This document shows positions 1 through 8,139 of a DNA stretch of 32,257 nt, piece by piece. The stretch is from positions 1-32,257 of IMG/VR virus record IMGVR_UViG_3300031227_000241; one strand, given 5' to 3'. A program made the translations under genes and the position numbers. The notes beneath the pieces were generated by a model. That model was not told the origin of the DNA. It searched no databases and was given only the letters and a program-made list of their open reading frames with translations. The number at the start of each line of letters is the position of its first letter. Position 1 is the first letter of the stretch. This DNA is from a virus (lineage: Duplodnaviria > Caudoviricetes).

Positions 1-77
1 GTCTTATCAACGTCTAGGCCAGCGTCTCTCATTGCCTTCATCAGCTTATCCCCGCCCTCAACTTCCATCCGAATCAT
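1..77 (-). CDS. N-terminus of a probable tail-completion protein (HK97 gp10-like); runs off the window edge
   Basis: ATG at 77 after AGGAG; translation MIRMEVEGGDKLMKAMRDAGLDVDK resembles the usual gp10-like start; lies downstream of head-tail genes. Confidence 0.5.
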   Translation of the reverse strand, partial: MIRMEVEGGDKLMKAMRDAGLDVDK

Positions 78-84
78 AAGGCTC

Positions 85-558
85 CTAGCTGTGGCAGAAG
101 TGTCTGAAGTGGACGTGCAGCGTCTTGCTGCCAGCCGTCTCACACTTCGCTCGATAGTAGATAGTTTCGCCAAGTGGAATGTGTTCTCCCCTCGCCGACG
201 ATTGACCAGTGCTTGAAACTTGGTTCGTCCCAGATACCGTTCGCCACGATGAGATCATAACCTTGGCCGCGCCGTAAGATACCTCTACGTGGTAGACTGT
301 ATCTGCCGTATTCGCGCTCTCAGTTATCATCCCAGTGACATGCCCCTTACAGGCTGCGAACTTAGAAGACAGCGTGATCGGGGTATCTGGGGTATCGTCT
401 ACAACCTCAGCCCAGGCGGACCACGTATCTGCATCGGCGTGCGCCGTCAATATGCAATTCAAGCTAGGTTCGTCTGGGAATACATCTGTATCGTGCTTGG
501 CCAACTCCATCAGATTGTCGAGCGTGAGCACTTTCCCGTTTAGTATTGTTCCCGCCAT
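85..558 (-). CDS. Hypothetical beta-rich protein, probably virion-associated
   Basis: 157 aa ORF with GGAGGTG RBS, in the structural region. Confidence 0.6.
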   Translation of the reverse strand: MAGTILNGKVLTLDNLMELAKHDTDVFPDEPSLNCILTAHADADTWSAWAEVVDDTPDTPITLSSKFAACKGHVTGMITESANTADTVYHVEVSYGAAKVMISSWRTVSGTNQVSSTGQSSARGEHIPLGETIYYRAKCETAGSKTLHVHFRHFCHS

Positions 559-577
559 GTCATCACCTCCTGAGCCA

Positions 578-601
578 TGGGGCGAGGTTTCCCCCGCCCC
601 A
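578..601 (-). other. GC-rich hairpin with GAAA tetraloop (no U-tract)
   Basis: Minus strand TGGGGCGGGG-GAAA-CCTCGCCCCA in the intergenic gap. Confidence 0.6.
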
Positions 602-607
602 GTTATA

Positions 608-1258
608 CTACTCCTGTGGTGCTAGGTATCCGGTGTCTTCGATGGCTTCGTATCCAACTGCGATCTTGCAAGACTGAGCAACGCCCGTCGCCCCACCTGC
701 AATCGACAACTGGATCTTGGTCCCTATCTCAATCCGCATCGCACCCGTCCACGACAGTTCGGATTCAGTGAGAAGGTTCGTCACGTCGCCATCTGTCGTG
801 TCGATGATAACTCCAGGTGTGGCATCGTCTGTCTGAACCGAGATCGAAGTCAACGCGCCAGCGGTTACAGTTGTCGGCTGCTTGATTGACAGCCACTTCA
901 ACATTACCGGCTTGGTCGTACCGAGAAACAGGTCGTAGTCCGCCACCACTTGGTTCAAGTCTTCGGTCGTGATAGCAACCTGATTCTCTCCAACCAGCTT
1001 CTTGAAGTCGGCAGCCTTAGTCCCAAGGACTACTCCATCTGATCCCGTGTCAGCAAGAGCCGCCGCAACGTCTGTCGAGATCTTCGTCAAACCAATCGTC
1101 GCATCATCCAGCCGGTCAGTTACCAGCAAGGTTGTCAAGTCCTTGCCGTCTACATCAGGAACGCCCAACATCTGCAGCAACGATGGATCGTAAGTTCGCC
1201 CCAAGAAGCTTCCAAGGTTCGTCATTACTCGTGGTACTCCATTTAGTGAAACACTCAT
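608..1258 (-). CDS. Putative virion protein; C-terminal domain paralogous to 1255-2187
   Basis: 216 aa; DLNQ...GALTSISVQTDDATPGVI...SWTG shared with neighbour; ATGA overlap with upstream stop. Confidence 0.7.
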   Translation of the reverse strand: MSVSLNGVPRVMTNLGSFLGRTYDPSLLQMLGVPDVDGKDLTTLLVTDRLDDATIGLTKISTDVAAALADTGSDGVVLGTKAADFKKLVGENQVAITTEDLNQVVADYDLFLGTTKPVMLKWLSIKQPTTVTAGALTSISVQTDDATPGVIIDTTDGDVTNLLTESELSWTGAMRIEIGTKIQLSIAGGATGVAQSCKIAVGYEAIEDTGYLAPQE

Positions 1259-2187
1259 GTTAGTTCACCTCCGCTCACTACTGAGCGATATTTCGCTACA
1301 ACGTGGCAAACGTAGGCTACGCCATGCGCCCCGCCTCCAATCGTTAATTCAATCTCCGTCCCAACTGGGATGTACATCTCGCCACTCCAACTAATCTGAG
1401 CCTCTTCCGTCAGATTCACAACTGCTCCAGCTACAGAATCGAAGATCACTCCAGGTGTCGCATCGTCCGTCGCCACAGCGATACTCGTCAACGCCCCGCC
1501 GCCTGCGATATTCGGACAGCGCACGATCAGCGATTCCAATATCGCCGCCTGAGTTGCACCTGTGAACATTGCATAAGCCCCGGCCGCTTGGTTCAGGTCG
1601 ATGGTCGTTGCCGCAATCTGGCTACGTGCCATCACCTGAGGATCGGTATCTGCCGAGATGTCAGCCTGTTCAACGATCATGTTCGACCAAACCGCCGCCG
1701 GGATGTAAGCGATGTTTCCGTCTACCGTCGCTTCGATCCCAGAGACTACCAGCTTGTACACGTCGCCAGCCGCCCACTCCGCAGCGAGGAATTGATAATC
1801 CTCAAACACGCGCCCATCAGCCTTGCCGAACGTCGGCTGTGTAACGCCTACAGTTGTGAACGCTGCGCCACCTGTAGAGATAGACAGCACCTGAGAGATC
1901 CCGGTGATGTCAATGTTGGCCGAAACGACCGCCCCAGTCTCAATGTCCATGATAGAGATTGAGAACTGCTGATAGGCGTTCTCTTCCACCGTCGCGCTGA
2001 TAGACGGGACAACTCGCGTCCGCCCTGCCGTCCCTCCAAGGTTAGCCACGATCCATTCTGAGTTCGTGACAAGCTGCTTGATGTACGCGCCGAATAGGTC
2101 AACATCTGTTATCGCCCCAGCCGCCGCCGTTACGTCAAGCTGCCCAAAGAGAAGCCCTAGCAAATCTCCTGCATTGTGCCCAGCCAT
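1255..2187 (-). CDS. Putative virion protein; C-terminal domain paralogous to 608-1258
   Basis: 310 aa, A/G/T/V-rich; AAGGAGGAG RBS; DLNQ...GALTSIAVATDDATPGVI...SWSG. Confidence 0.7.
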   Translation of the reverse strand: MAGHNAGDLLGLLFGQLDVTAAAGAITDVDLFGAYIKQLVTNSEWIVANLGGTAGRTRVVPSISATVEENAYQQFSISIMDIETGAVVSANIDITGISQVLSISTGGAAFTTVGVTQPTFGKADGRVFEDYQFLAAEWAAGDVYKLVVSGIEATVDGNIAYIPAAVWSNMIVEQADISADTDPQVMARSQIAATTIDLNQAAGAYAMFTGATQAAILESLIVRCPNIAGGGALTSIAVATDDATPGVIFDSVAGAVVNLTEEAQISWSGEMYIPVGTEIELTIGGGAHGVAYVCHVVAKYRSVVSGGELT

Positions 2188-2196
2188 GACTCCTCC

Positions 2197-2496
2197 TTAT
2201 ACGTCAGCATTGTCAACTTCAAAGAACCATTCCACCCTATCACCAACATCAGAACCGTCTACCCAGGCGTCGGAAGCGTTGTCTGTTGCTATCATCGCGC
2301 TCGCATCTGGGCTAAGTGTGACGTGGTGCGCCTCTGCCTTGGCTTGAGTCTCTCCAAAGTAGATGTATCCATCATTCGTCGGGTCTGCATGGACAACAAG
2401 GTGATGACCCTGTGGGACCCGATGAGCCGTAAGCTGTTGAGCCGTGCCCACTGTGATAACCAGTGAACCCGTCTCGAATGTCTGTTTGTTGTCCAT
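2197..2496 (-). CDS. Small beta-rich hypothetical structural protein
   Basis: 99 aa ORF tightly packed between neighbours. Confidence 0.6.
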   Translation of the reverse strand: MDNKQTFETGSLVITVGTAQQLTAHRVPQGHHLVVHADPTNDGYIYFGETQAKAEAHHVTLSPDASAMIATDNASDAWVDGSDVGDRVEWFFEVDNADV

Positions 2497-2500
2497 TACA

Positions 2501-2872
2501 TTAGGTCACCTTCCTTACAAGTAGCCGCGTCGTATTATCCATAGAACCGGACTGTGGGAGCAGGATGTCGTATCGAACGCCATCAACGACCGCAGACATC
2601 TCCGCTGTGATCGTCGGATAGTATCCGTTGAACGAGATCGTGTGATCAGCAAACACGTATGTCATGTCTGTTTGCTTGACCTCAGTACCACCACCAACCG
2701 CGTTCACAGCGTCCGCGCAAGACAGATCCACGTGCCCTGCAAAGTCTGCCCACCCTTCAACGATAGCACCGGAGTCATCCTCAACCGAAGTTGGCTCCTG
2801 AATCGTACACAACGAGGGATAGAAGTCGGCTAGTTCGTCGTTCATCCGTGAATCAAGGATGCCTCTAGTCAT
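2501..2872 (-). CDS. Head closure/head-tail joining protein (SPP1 gp16-like)
   Basis: 123 aa; CTIQ..EDDSGAIVEGW...ITAEMSAVVDGVRYDI pattern; follows the head-tail connector. Confidence 0.7.
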   Translation of the reverse strand: MTRGILDSRMNDELADFYPSLCTIQEPTSVEDDSGAIVEGWADFAGHVDLSCADAVNAVGGGTEVKQTDMTYVFADHTISFNGYYPTITAEMSAVVDGVRYDILLPQSGSMDNTTRLLVRKVT

Positions 2873-2911
2873 ATTGTTGCCTCATTGATGGGGAGCTGAA
2901 TGATTTGATGT

Positions 2912-2960
2912 AGAAACAGAACAGCCCGTTGCAGTGCGTCCAAGCCGAGCAACGGGCTAT
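2912..2960 (-). terminator. Terminator-like hairpin
   Basis: Minus strand ATAGCCCGTTGC-N16-GCAACGGGCTGT followed by TCTGTTTCT. Confidence 0.5.
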
Positions 2961-2997
2961 AAGACCAACGCCGCGAAGCGAAATGATCTATGTAAGC

Positions 2998-3026
2998 AGT
3001 ATACCCGCTGCGTACCGCAATCGCAA
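2998..3026 (-). promoter_or_regulatory. Sigma70-type promoter
   Basis: TTGCGA-17 nt-TATACT at the start of a 157-nt intergenic gap. Confidence 0.5.
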
Positions 3027-3029
3027 GTT

Positions 3030-3422
3030 TCATAAGTCTTCCATCGCCTCGTTTATCAGTTGCTCTCTCACTGACCAGGGACCGAGCGCCATAGAAGCAA
3101 TCTCGAAACCTGCGTCGTCCGAAGCCGCCATAGCCTGCTCTCTTAGCCCTTGTGCTCGTAGCCGCATCTCCGCAGCCACCTTCGCGCCGTCCGTCTTCAG
3201 GTCTAGACGTTCAATGACCTTGAGGACCATCAACTGATTCGACGCCCACGATTCTAATGCGAGCGCCGAAGCGTTGTAGATGGCCGCACCATCAAGATCC
3301 GCAGCAAGAGTAAGGAAGGCGTCAATCTCGGTGTCATCGTAGAACTCGTTCGCCTCTACGGTGTCCTGTATCAACAGCCTAACCTTTCCCCTGTTAGTCG
3401 CCACGTCATATGTGAGCGTCAT
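3030..3422 (-). CDS. Head-tail connector/adaptor
   Basis: 130 aa; GKVRLLIQDT...YDDTEIDAFL...ASALALESWA pattern; GGAG RBS; downstream of MCP. Confidence 0.75.
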   Translation of the reverse strand: MTLTYDVATNRGKVRLLIQDTVEANEFYDDTEIDAFLTLAADLDGAAIYNASALALESWASNQLMVLKVIERLDLKTDGAKVAAEMRLRAQGLREQAMAASDDAGFEIASMALGPWSVREQLINEAMEDL

Positions 3423-3431
3423 TTCCGCTCC

Positions 3432-3725
3432 CTACGATCCCTTGTGTTCACTAGCGGCCTGCAATTCCTGCCAAGTCACCAGCCCAGGGAGTCCCTCTTC
3501 CACACTCTTCTCGCCTGGATCTCCACAATGAGGAGAAACGCACTTGGTAGTAAAGCCGTGTTCTGCAACAACCTCAAGCTCTGCCGTCACGTATTCAGCT
3601 ATCTCTACCATTTTATCCCACGCAAGACCCGTAAACGCCGTGTGGCCGAGCACATGATTTGCAATCGCTGCAGCCCTGCGCTCTGCCGGAGTATCTCCAA
3701 AGGTATCCCTTGTTTCATTGGGCAT
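3432..3725 (-). CDS. Hypothetical protein
   Basis: Start re-placed at MPNETRD after GGAGGG; directly after the MCP stop. Confidence 0.6.
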   Translation of the reverse strand: MPNETRDTFGDTPAERRAAAIANHVLGHTAFTGLAWDKMVEIAEYVTAELEVVAEHGFTTKCVSPHCGDPGEKSVEEGLPGLVTWQELQAASEHKGS

Positions 3726-3733
3726 AGTCCCTC

Positions 3734-4885
3734 CTAGCCAACCTGCGCATAGGCACATCGAGGATCAATGTAGCATCCACCGAGCACCATTCGCACACGG
3801 TACATCACGTCATCAGAATCAAAGTCACCGTCGAAAGGACTAATCGGAGCACCTGTCATACCGACCTTATTGCTGGCCTTCATGCAGATCTCAGGAGTCT
3901 CATGTCCCAACAGATGATCCAAGCCGATAGCGTAACCGAAGCCAGTATCAGCGAACAGATACCACGTAGTTGCCACGTTGCCGCTCGTGTCAATCTGACC
4001 AAGCCATGGATCGACATGAATCTGAATACCATGTCGCGGAATCGGACTGGTCGTGCCGTAAGGCAGAACCGCAGCACCAGGACCATCAACATACTGAAGC
4101 GCCGTCGAAGTCGTGATCTGCCATGCTGTATCCTCAAGCTGAATCGGGACTACCAAATGCAGCCCACGGATAACAAGCGGTCGCCCGTTGACGTCCGTCT
4201 GTGCAGCTATGAGTCCTAACGTTGTCTGAATGTTCGCAGGCGTTAGCGCAAGTGCACCAAGGTTCGTTACGTTCACACCGTCACCGTCAATAATCGGAGC
4301 ACCGAATAACAACACATCCGGCCCAGTTGCGTCTGCATACAATCCAGTTACCTCGTTGTGCTCAGTGTTGACTGCCATCTTCGCGTAATCCTCAGGGATG
4401 TCATTGAAAGCACCCATGCCGTCGTTGACCAAAGCCTCCCAAGAGATGTCAAACTGCTCGCCGATCTTGCGGACCTGTCGCGTGTATCGTGACATTGAAC
4501 TTGGAGTGACGAGATACTCGCCCTTCTCTCCGACCTCACGCAACACTCCGCGTCCACCGTTACGTCGATACCGTGCGTGCGCGTTGAAGTTCGGGACCGT
4601 TCCCATCTTCGTGTATGCCGCGAACTCCGGCTGCACGATACCATACTGCGCCATCAGTTCCCGCTCGATTACCGTACCAAACAGATACGGGAAATCGGTG
4701 GTAGTGACAGCTTCCATCAGCCTGAATTGATGGCGATGCGGTCGCAAGTGAGGCGTGTTGTTGATCATGTCCATCGCCTCTTGAATACGCGCCTCGCTAA
4801 AACCCTGGCCGTTTATCGGTTTCCAATTTGCCCAATCTAATCCCGCCTCTGCAAACGTCTGCGTCATTACTGGCATATCCCTCAC
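3734..4885 (-). CDS. Major capsid protein (HK97 fold, Mu gpT-like); start may be 4876
   Basis: 383 aa; EAVTTTDFPYL, VGEKGEY, KIGEQFDISWEALVND, LVVPIQLE, YRVRMVLGG motifs; canonical position. Confidence 0.88.
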   Translation of the reverse strand: MRDMPVMTQTFAEAGLDWANWKPINGQGFSEARIQEAMDMINNTPHLRPHRHQFRLMEAVTTTDFPYLFGTVIERELMAQYGIVQPEFAAYTKMGTVPNFNAHARYRRNGGRGVLREVGEKGEYLVTPSSMSRYTRQVRKIGEQFDISWEALVNDGMGAFNDIPEDYAKMAVNTEHNEVTGLYADATGPDVLLFGAPIIDGDGVNVTNLGALALTPANIQTTLGLIAAQTDVNGRPLVIRGLHLVVPIQLEDTAWQITTSTALQYVDGPGAAVLPYGTTSPIPRHGIQIHVDPWLGQIDTSGNVATTWYLFADTGFGYAIGLDHLLGHETPEICMKASNKVGMTGAPISPFDGDFDSDDVMYRVRMVLGGCYIDPRCAYAQVG

Positions 4886-4912
4886 CCTTCCTTATTCGGA
4901 ACCACGCCTGCG

Positions 4913-5245
4913 TCACGATGTTGCTTTTCCTTCACGTGTCGTTTCTTTGGGCGTCTTCCCCTTCCTTTTTTTCGCTGCGTCCTTCGCTCGCTTGGATCGC
5001 TTTTCTTTGGCATCCTCACGTTCCTTCTCTTCAATAGCCCTGTCTAGTTCACGCGCCTTCTGGCAATCCTGTGTCGTTACCTCAAGAATCGCCTTTTGGC
5101 CTTCGAGCTGGGATACCTCAGCATCAATCTTCTCAATCTGTATCTGAAGATCGCGCCTACTGTATGCCAGCTCGCCCAGATGAGACATAAGCCCTCGATG
5201 TCGCTGTCTAAGATTGTCGAGAACCAACGTGCTCCGCTCAGTCAT
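4913..5245 (-). CDS. Coiled-coil protein with Lys/Arg-rich tail
   Basis: 110 aa; heptad-like N-terminal half, basic C-terminus; GGAGG RBS. Confidence 0.6.
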   Translation of the reverse strand: MTERSTLVLDNLRQRHRGLMSHLGELAYSRRDLQIQIEKIDAEVSQLEGQKAILEVTTQDCQKARELDRAIEEKEREDAKEKRSKRAKDAAKKRKGKTPKETTREGKATS

Positions 5246-5257
5246 TGAAGCCTCCTG

Positions 5258-6502
5258 CTATGCCAAGCTCAAGAGCGTCTCAGCGGCATTGGCGGCAAAA
5301 TCTGTAAGAGCTGCTGCTGCCTGTGTCACGTGGTCCTTGCTAATACATCCACTGGCAAGAAGCACCTGAGTATCCTGTCCACCTGCACCGCCATTCAGCT
5401 CCATGATGCACGAGTTAAACTCGTTCTCGCACGCAACCGTGTCTGTGCTGAACTCCACGCCACCCTGGAACCACATACCATTGGCTCTGAACCTGTCGCC
5501 CACGTTATAACAATCGACGTAGACCAAGCCACTGATTTCGTTCCCGCCTAAGCCCTTACCGTCCATGTAGATCTTGATCAGACAGGCAACTGTGTGGGTC
5601 GAGACAAGTGACATGTCCGTGTCTGTTGCGTTGTAGAACCCGCAGTTACGGAAGTTGACAATGAGCTTCTTGCCAGCGGTCATGTTCGTGTCAGTGATCT
5701 GAACACCATTGACGCCATCAGCGCCACCGATCATCAGATTGGAGAAGATGCAGTTGATACCACTCGCACCGATTACCGCGTCCGGCGCAATCAGAATAGC
5801 TTCGTCCCCTGCCGATGCGTAGATAATCGTGGACTCGTGATCAGCCGACATCCCAGTAATCATCACATCATTGATGTCAGGCCATGCCAGCGAAGCCGCC
5901 GAAGTGTACTGCCCAGGCATCAGCATAATCGTCTTCTTTTCAGCCGTTACCGCAGCAAGCGCCGTGGCAAGTGTCAGGTACGGGAAGAAGAACGAGCCAT
6001 CGCCATCATCGTCGCCGTCAAGCGAAACCCAGATGTAGCTATCGTTCGCGTACCCCAAGGCTTCCCATGCAGGATCTTGGTGCACCTTAACCGCGAGTAC
6101 AGCAGCGGTTCCAGACGCGCCCAATGCTCCACACGCTACACCAAACGGAATCTGTGTCTCCGCAGTCTGGATCTTACTCAGTATGCAAGTCGTGGTATTG
6201 ATATAGATGCGATCTCCGCGTGCGATTGCGGACGTTCCGCCGTCATTCGAGGCAACTACGTTCAGCCACCAAATACCCTCGGTGTCAACCGCAATCAGAT
6301 CTGTTACTGCAGCCGCGCCCTTCATGGCAACACCAACAATCTTGCCGATACAGACAGGATCTTTACCGTCAACCATCCCATCAGTGTGGCTTGGGTGAGT
6401 TAGTACCGACTCTTCAAAGGTCAATACTCGACCCTCTCCGCCAGAGCTACACTGCTCACCTGCCAACTGCCCAGTGTTCACATAAATGTCTGTCGTAGGC
6501 AT
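5258..6502 (-). CDS. Capsid decoration/cement protein (DUF2190-like) fused to a right-handed beta-helix domain
   Basis: N-terminus GKDPVCIGKIVGVA...AVDTEGIW...IARGDRIY...PFGVA...AVKV; then YIWVSLDGDDDGDGS..PYLTLATALAA..TIMLMPGQY beta-helix cap; sits between protease and MCP. Confidence 0.7.
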   Translation of the reverse strand: MPTTDIYVNTGQLAGEQCSSGGEGRVLTFEESVLTHPSHTDGMVDGKDPVCIGKIVGVAMKGAAAVTDLIAVDTEGIWWLNVVASNDGGTSAIARGDRIYINTTTCILSKIQTAETQIPFGVACGALGASGTAAVLAVKVHQDPAWEALGYANDSYIWVSLDGDDDGDGSFFFPYLTLATALAAVTAEKKTIMLMPGQYTSAASLAWPDINDVMITGMSADHESTIIYASAGDEAILIAPDAVIGASGINCIFSNLMIGGADGVNGVQITDTNMTAGKKLIVNFRNCGFYNATDTDMSLVSTHTVACLIKIYMDGKGLGGNEISGLVYVDCYNVGDRFRANGMWFQGGVEFSTDTVACENEFNSCIMELNGGAGGQDTQVLLASGCISKDHVTQAAAALTDFAANAAETLLSLA

Positions 6503-6505
6503 TCT

Positions 6506-7594
6506 CTACACCCCCCAGAATAGTTCAGCCAACCGTGTGGCCTCTTCCTTCGTCTTGCCCTCGGCAAAGTATGTGGCTGCTTTATCAACCACGCGTTTGT
6601 CGTGCGCTGCCGTCTCTTCAAGGATAGCCTCGCCGTCGCCCATGCCGGAGATTCCCGGCTTCTTGTGGGTGATGCTCTCGACGTATTCGCCTTCCGACTT
6701 GACAGCCTCTTCGATGAGAGTAGCCAGAGCAGCTTCGTCGAGCTTGCCATCCTTCATCGGCGCACCCTTCGTCAACGATTCGATCAGCCGTTTCTTCGTC
6801 ACGTCAGGGAGCTTGTCGTGCTTCTTGTCGGCAAGTGCTTCAACGATCTTATCCTGCGCAATCCGCAAGGCGTGAGCCTCAGCAAGTTTCGTGTTGCTCT
6901 CAAGAAGCGCGTCTCGCTCCGTCGCAACAGTGTCTCGTTCCTGGGTCAAGGTCGTAACCTTCCCTTGGGATTCGGTCAACTGTTCTTGTAGCTTTGTGTC
7001 TGGCATCTTATCCCCCTCTCCTTTGGGTTCATCCAACCATTCCATGAATCGCGCTTCTTCTGTCCTGCCATCACTCTCGACAAAGCCAGCCGCTTCCATG
7101 AACTCGTTTACCTTTCCATCTGCAACCGCAGTTGCAGCTTCAAATGCTACCATCTTTCCGCCGCGTCCAGCCTGTGTAACGAAGTCGAACGTAGCCCCAG
7201 GATTGAAGCTCTCAGCTACCTTCGTCTTCTTCCCAGCAACTGACTCCATTACAACCGAACCGCCTGCACGGATAGACACGCCAATGTCGGTTCCCAGATC
7301 CTCTAGGAACGGTCGCCAATGCTCTGCTACCTTCACATCGCCATACAACCCAGGTCCAGCCGCGCCAGCCTTCTCATAGATCGGAGTACCGACCACCGAT
7401 CCGGCAAGATCACGTAAGGATCTCTCCGGCCTGTCTTTCCGTTCCGTCCTACTCGGATGGTCGATGAACACCAAACCACCGTCGAAGGCATTAGCATCAC
7501 GGGCAAGCTGATCCTCTTTGTAGAACGCCGATGATCCCTGGCCAGGACTGATCACCCGCACTCGTGCGATTCCTTCCTCGTTGATGAACTTCAT
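6506..7594 (-). CDS. Prohead protease-scaffold fusion
   Basis: FIDHP, GVSIRA, FDFVTQAGRGG protease-type motifs; C-terminal coiled coil; ATG at 7594 after GGGAGGGG. Confidence 0.8.
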   Translation of the reverse strand: MKFINEEGIARVRVISPGQGSSAFYKEDQLARDANAFDGGLVFIDHPSRTERKDRPERSLRDLAGSVVGTPIYEKAGAAGPGLYGDVKVAEHWRPFLEDLGTDIGVSIRAGGSVVMESVAGKKTKVAESFNPGATFDFVTQAGRGGKMVAFEAATAVADGKVNEFMEAAGFVESDGRTEEARFMEWLDEPKGEGDKMPDTKLQEQLTESQGKVTTLTQERDTVATERDALLESNTKLAEAHALRIAQDKIVEALADKKHDKLPDVTKKRLIESLTKGAPMKDGKLDEAALATLIEEAVKSEGEYVESITHKKPGISGMGDGEAILEETAAHDKRVVDKAATYFAEGKTKEEATRLAELFWGV

Positions 7595-7815
7595 TTCCCC
7601 TCCCACGGGATAAGCTGCCCCGCCTGCTCGACGAATGTCATATCGACCGGCTCGTTGGACTCTGCCGCTAAGTCGGCTGCCTCTTTAAGAACACGTTGCC
7701 GCTCATCTTTGTCTAGCTTCATCATTTCAACAGCCGTAAGCGGCGTCTTCTCCCGCACGTCGTCGTCTTCGATAGCCTTCCGAAGCACTTCCTTCAGTGA
7801 AACAGTCTCAGGCAT
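7591..7815 (-). CDS. Hypothetical protein
   Basis: 74 aa; GGAGG RBS; overlaps the protease start. Confidence 0.55.
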   Translation of the reverse strand: MPETVSLKEVLRKAIEDDDVREKTPLTAVEMMKLDKDERQRVLKEAADLAAESNEPVDMTFVEQAGQLIPWEGK

Positions 7816-7825
7816 CTCACCCCTC

Positions 7826-7927
7826 CTACTTGCCTTTCCTTCCGCCGCTGGGATTGGCGCAACCGCCGCGCCCCGTATTGCCTTTGCCGCCTCCGCTACC
7901 GTTATGCACTGGTGTTCCCTTAGCCAT
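7826..7927 (-). CDS. 33 aa Gly/Lys-rich peptide
   Basis: MAKGTPVHNGSGGGKGNTGRGGCANPSGGRKGK; GGGAG RBS; fills the gap; below the ORF-track cutoff. Confidence 0.6.
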   Translation of the reverse strand: MAKGTPVHNGSGGGKGNTGRGGCANPSGGRKGK

Positions 7928-7929
7928 GT

Positions 7930-8139
7930 CTACTCCCTCTTCTCAAACTGAATGCCGTTATCGCCGTTGATCGGCTTACGGTGGTCAATCTCACCTGTCA
8001 GAATCCCGCTTGCTATTCCATTCGGGAAAGCCTTGCAACTCTGACCATCTTTGCTCACGTGCTTGCATTGGTTACAGATGCCTTCTCCGATAGTGATGAA
8101 GCCTAAGCCAGCATCGCCAAATCGAGCAGCCCTTGTCAT
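7930..8139 (-). CDS. Cys/His small protein; candidate immunity protein for the MuF-ART toxin
   Basis: CNQC...CKAFPNGI...DHRKPINGDNGIQFE; ATGA-coupled to the toxin stop. Confidence 0.65.
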   Translation of the reverse strand: MTRAARFGDAGLGFITIGEGICNQCKHVSKDGQSCKAFPNGIASGILTGEIDHRKPINGDNGIQFEKRE

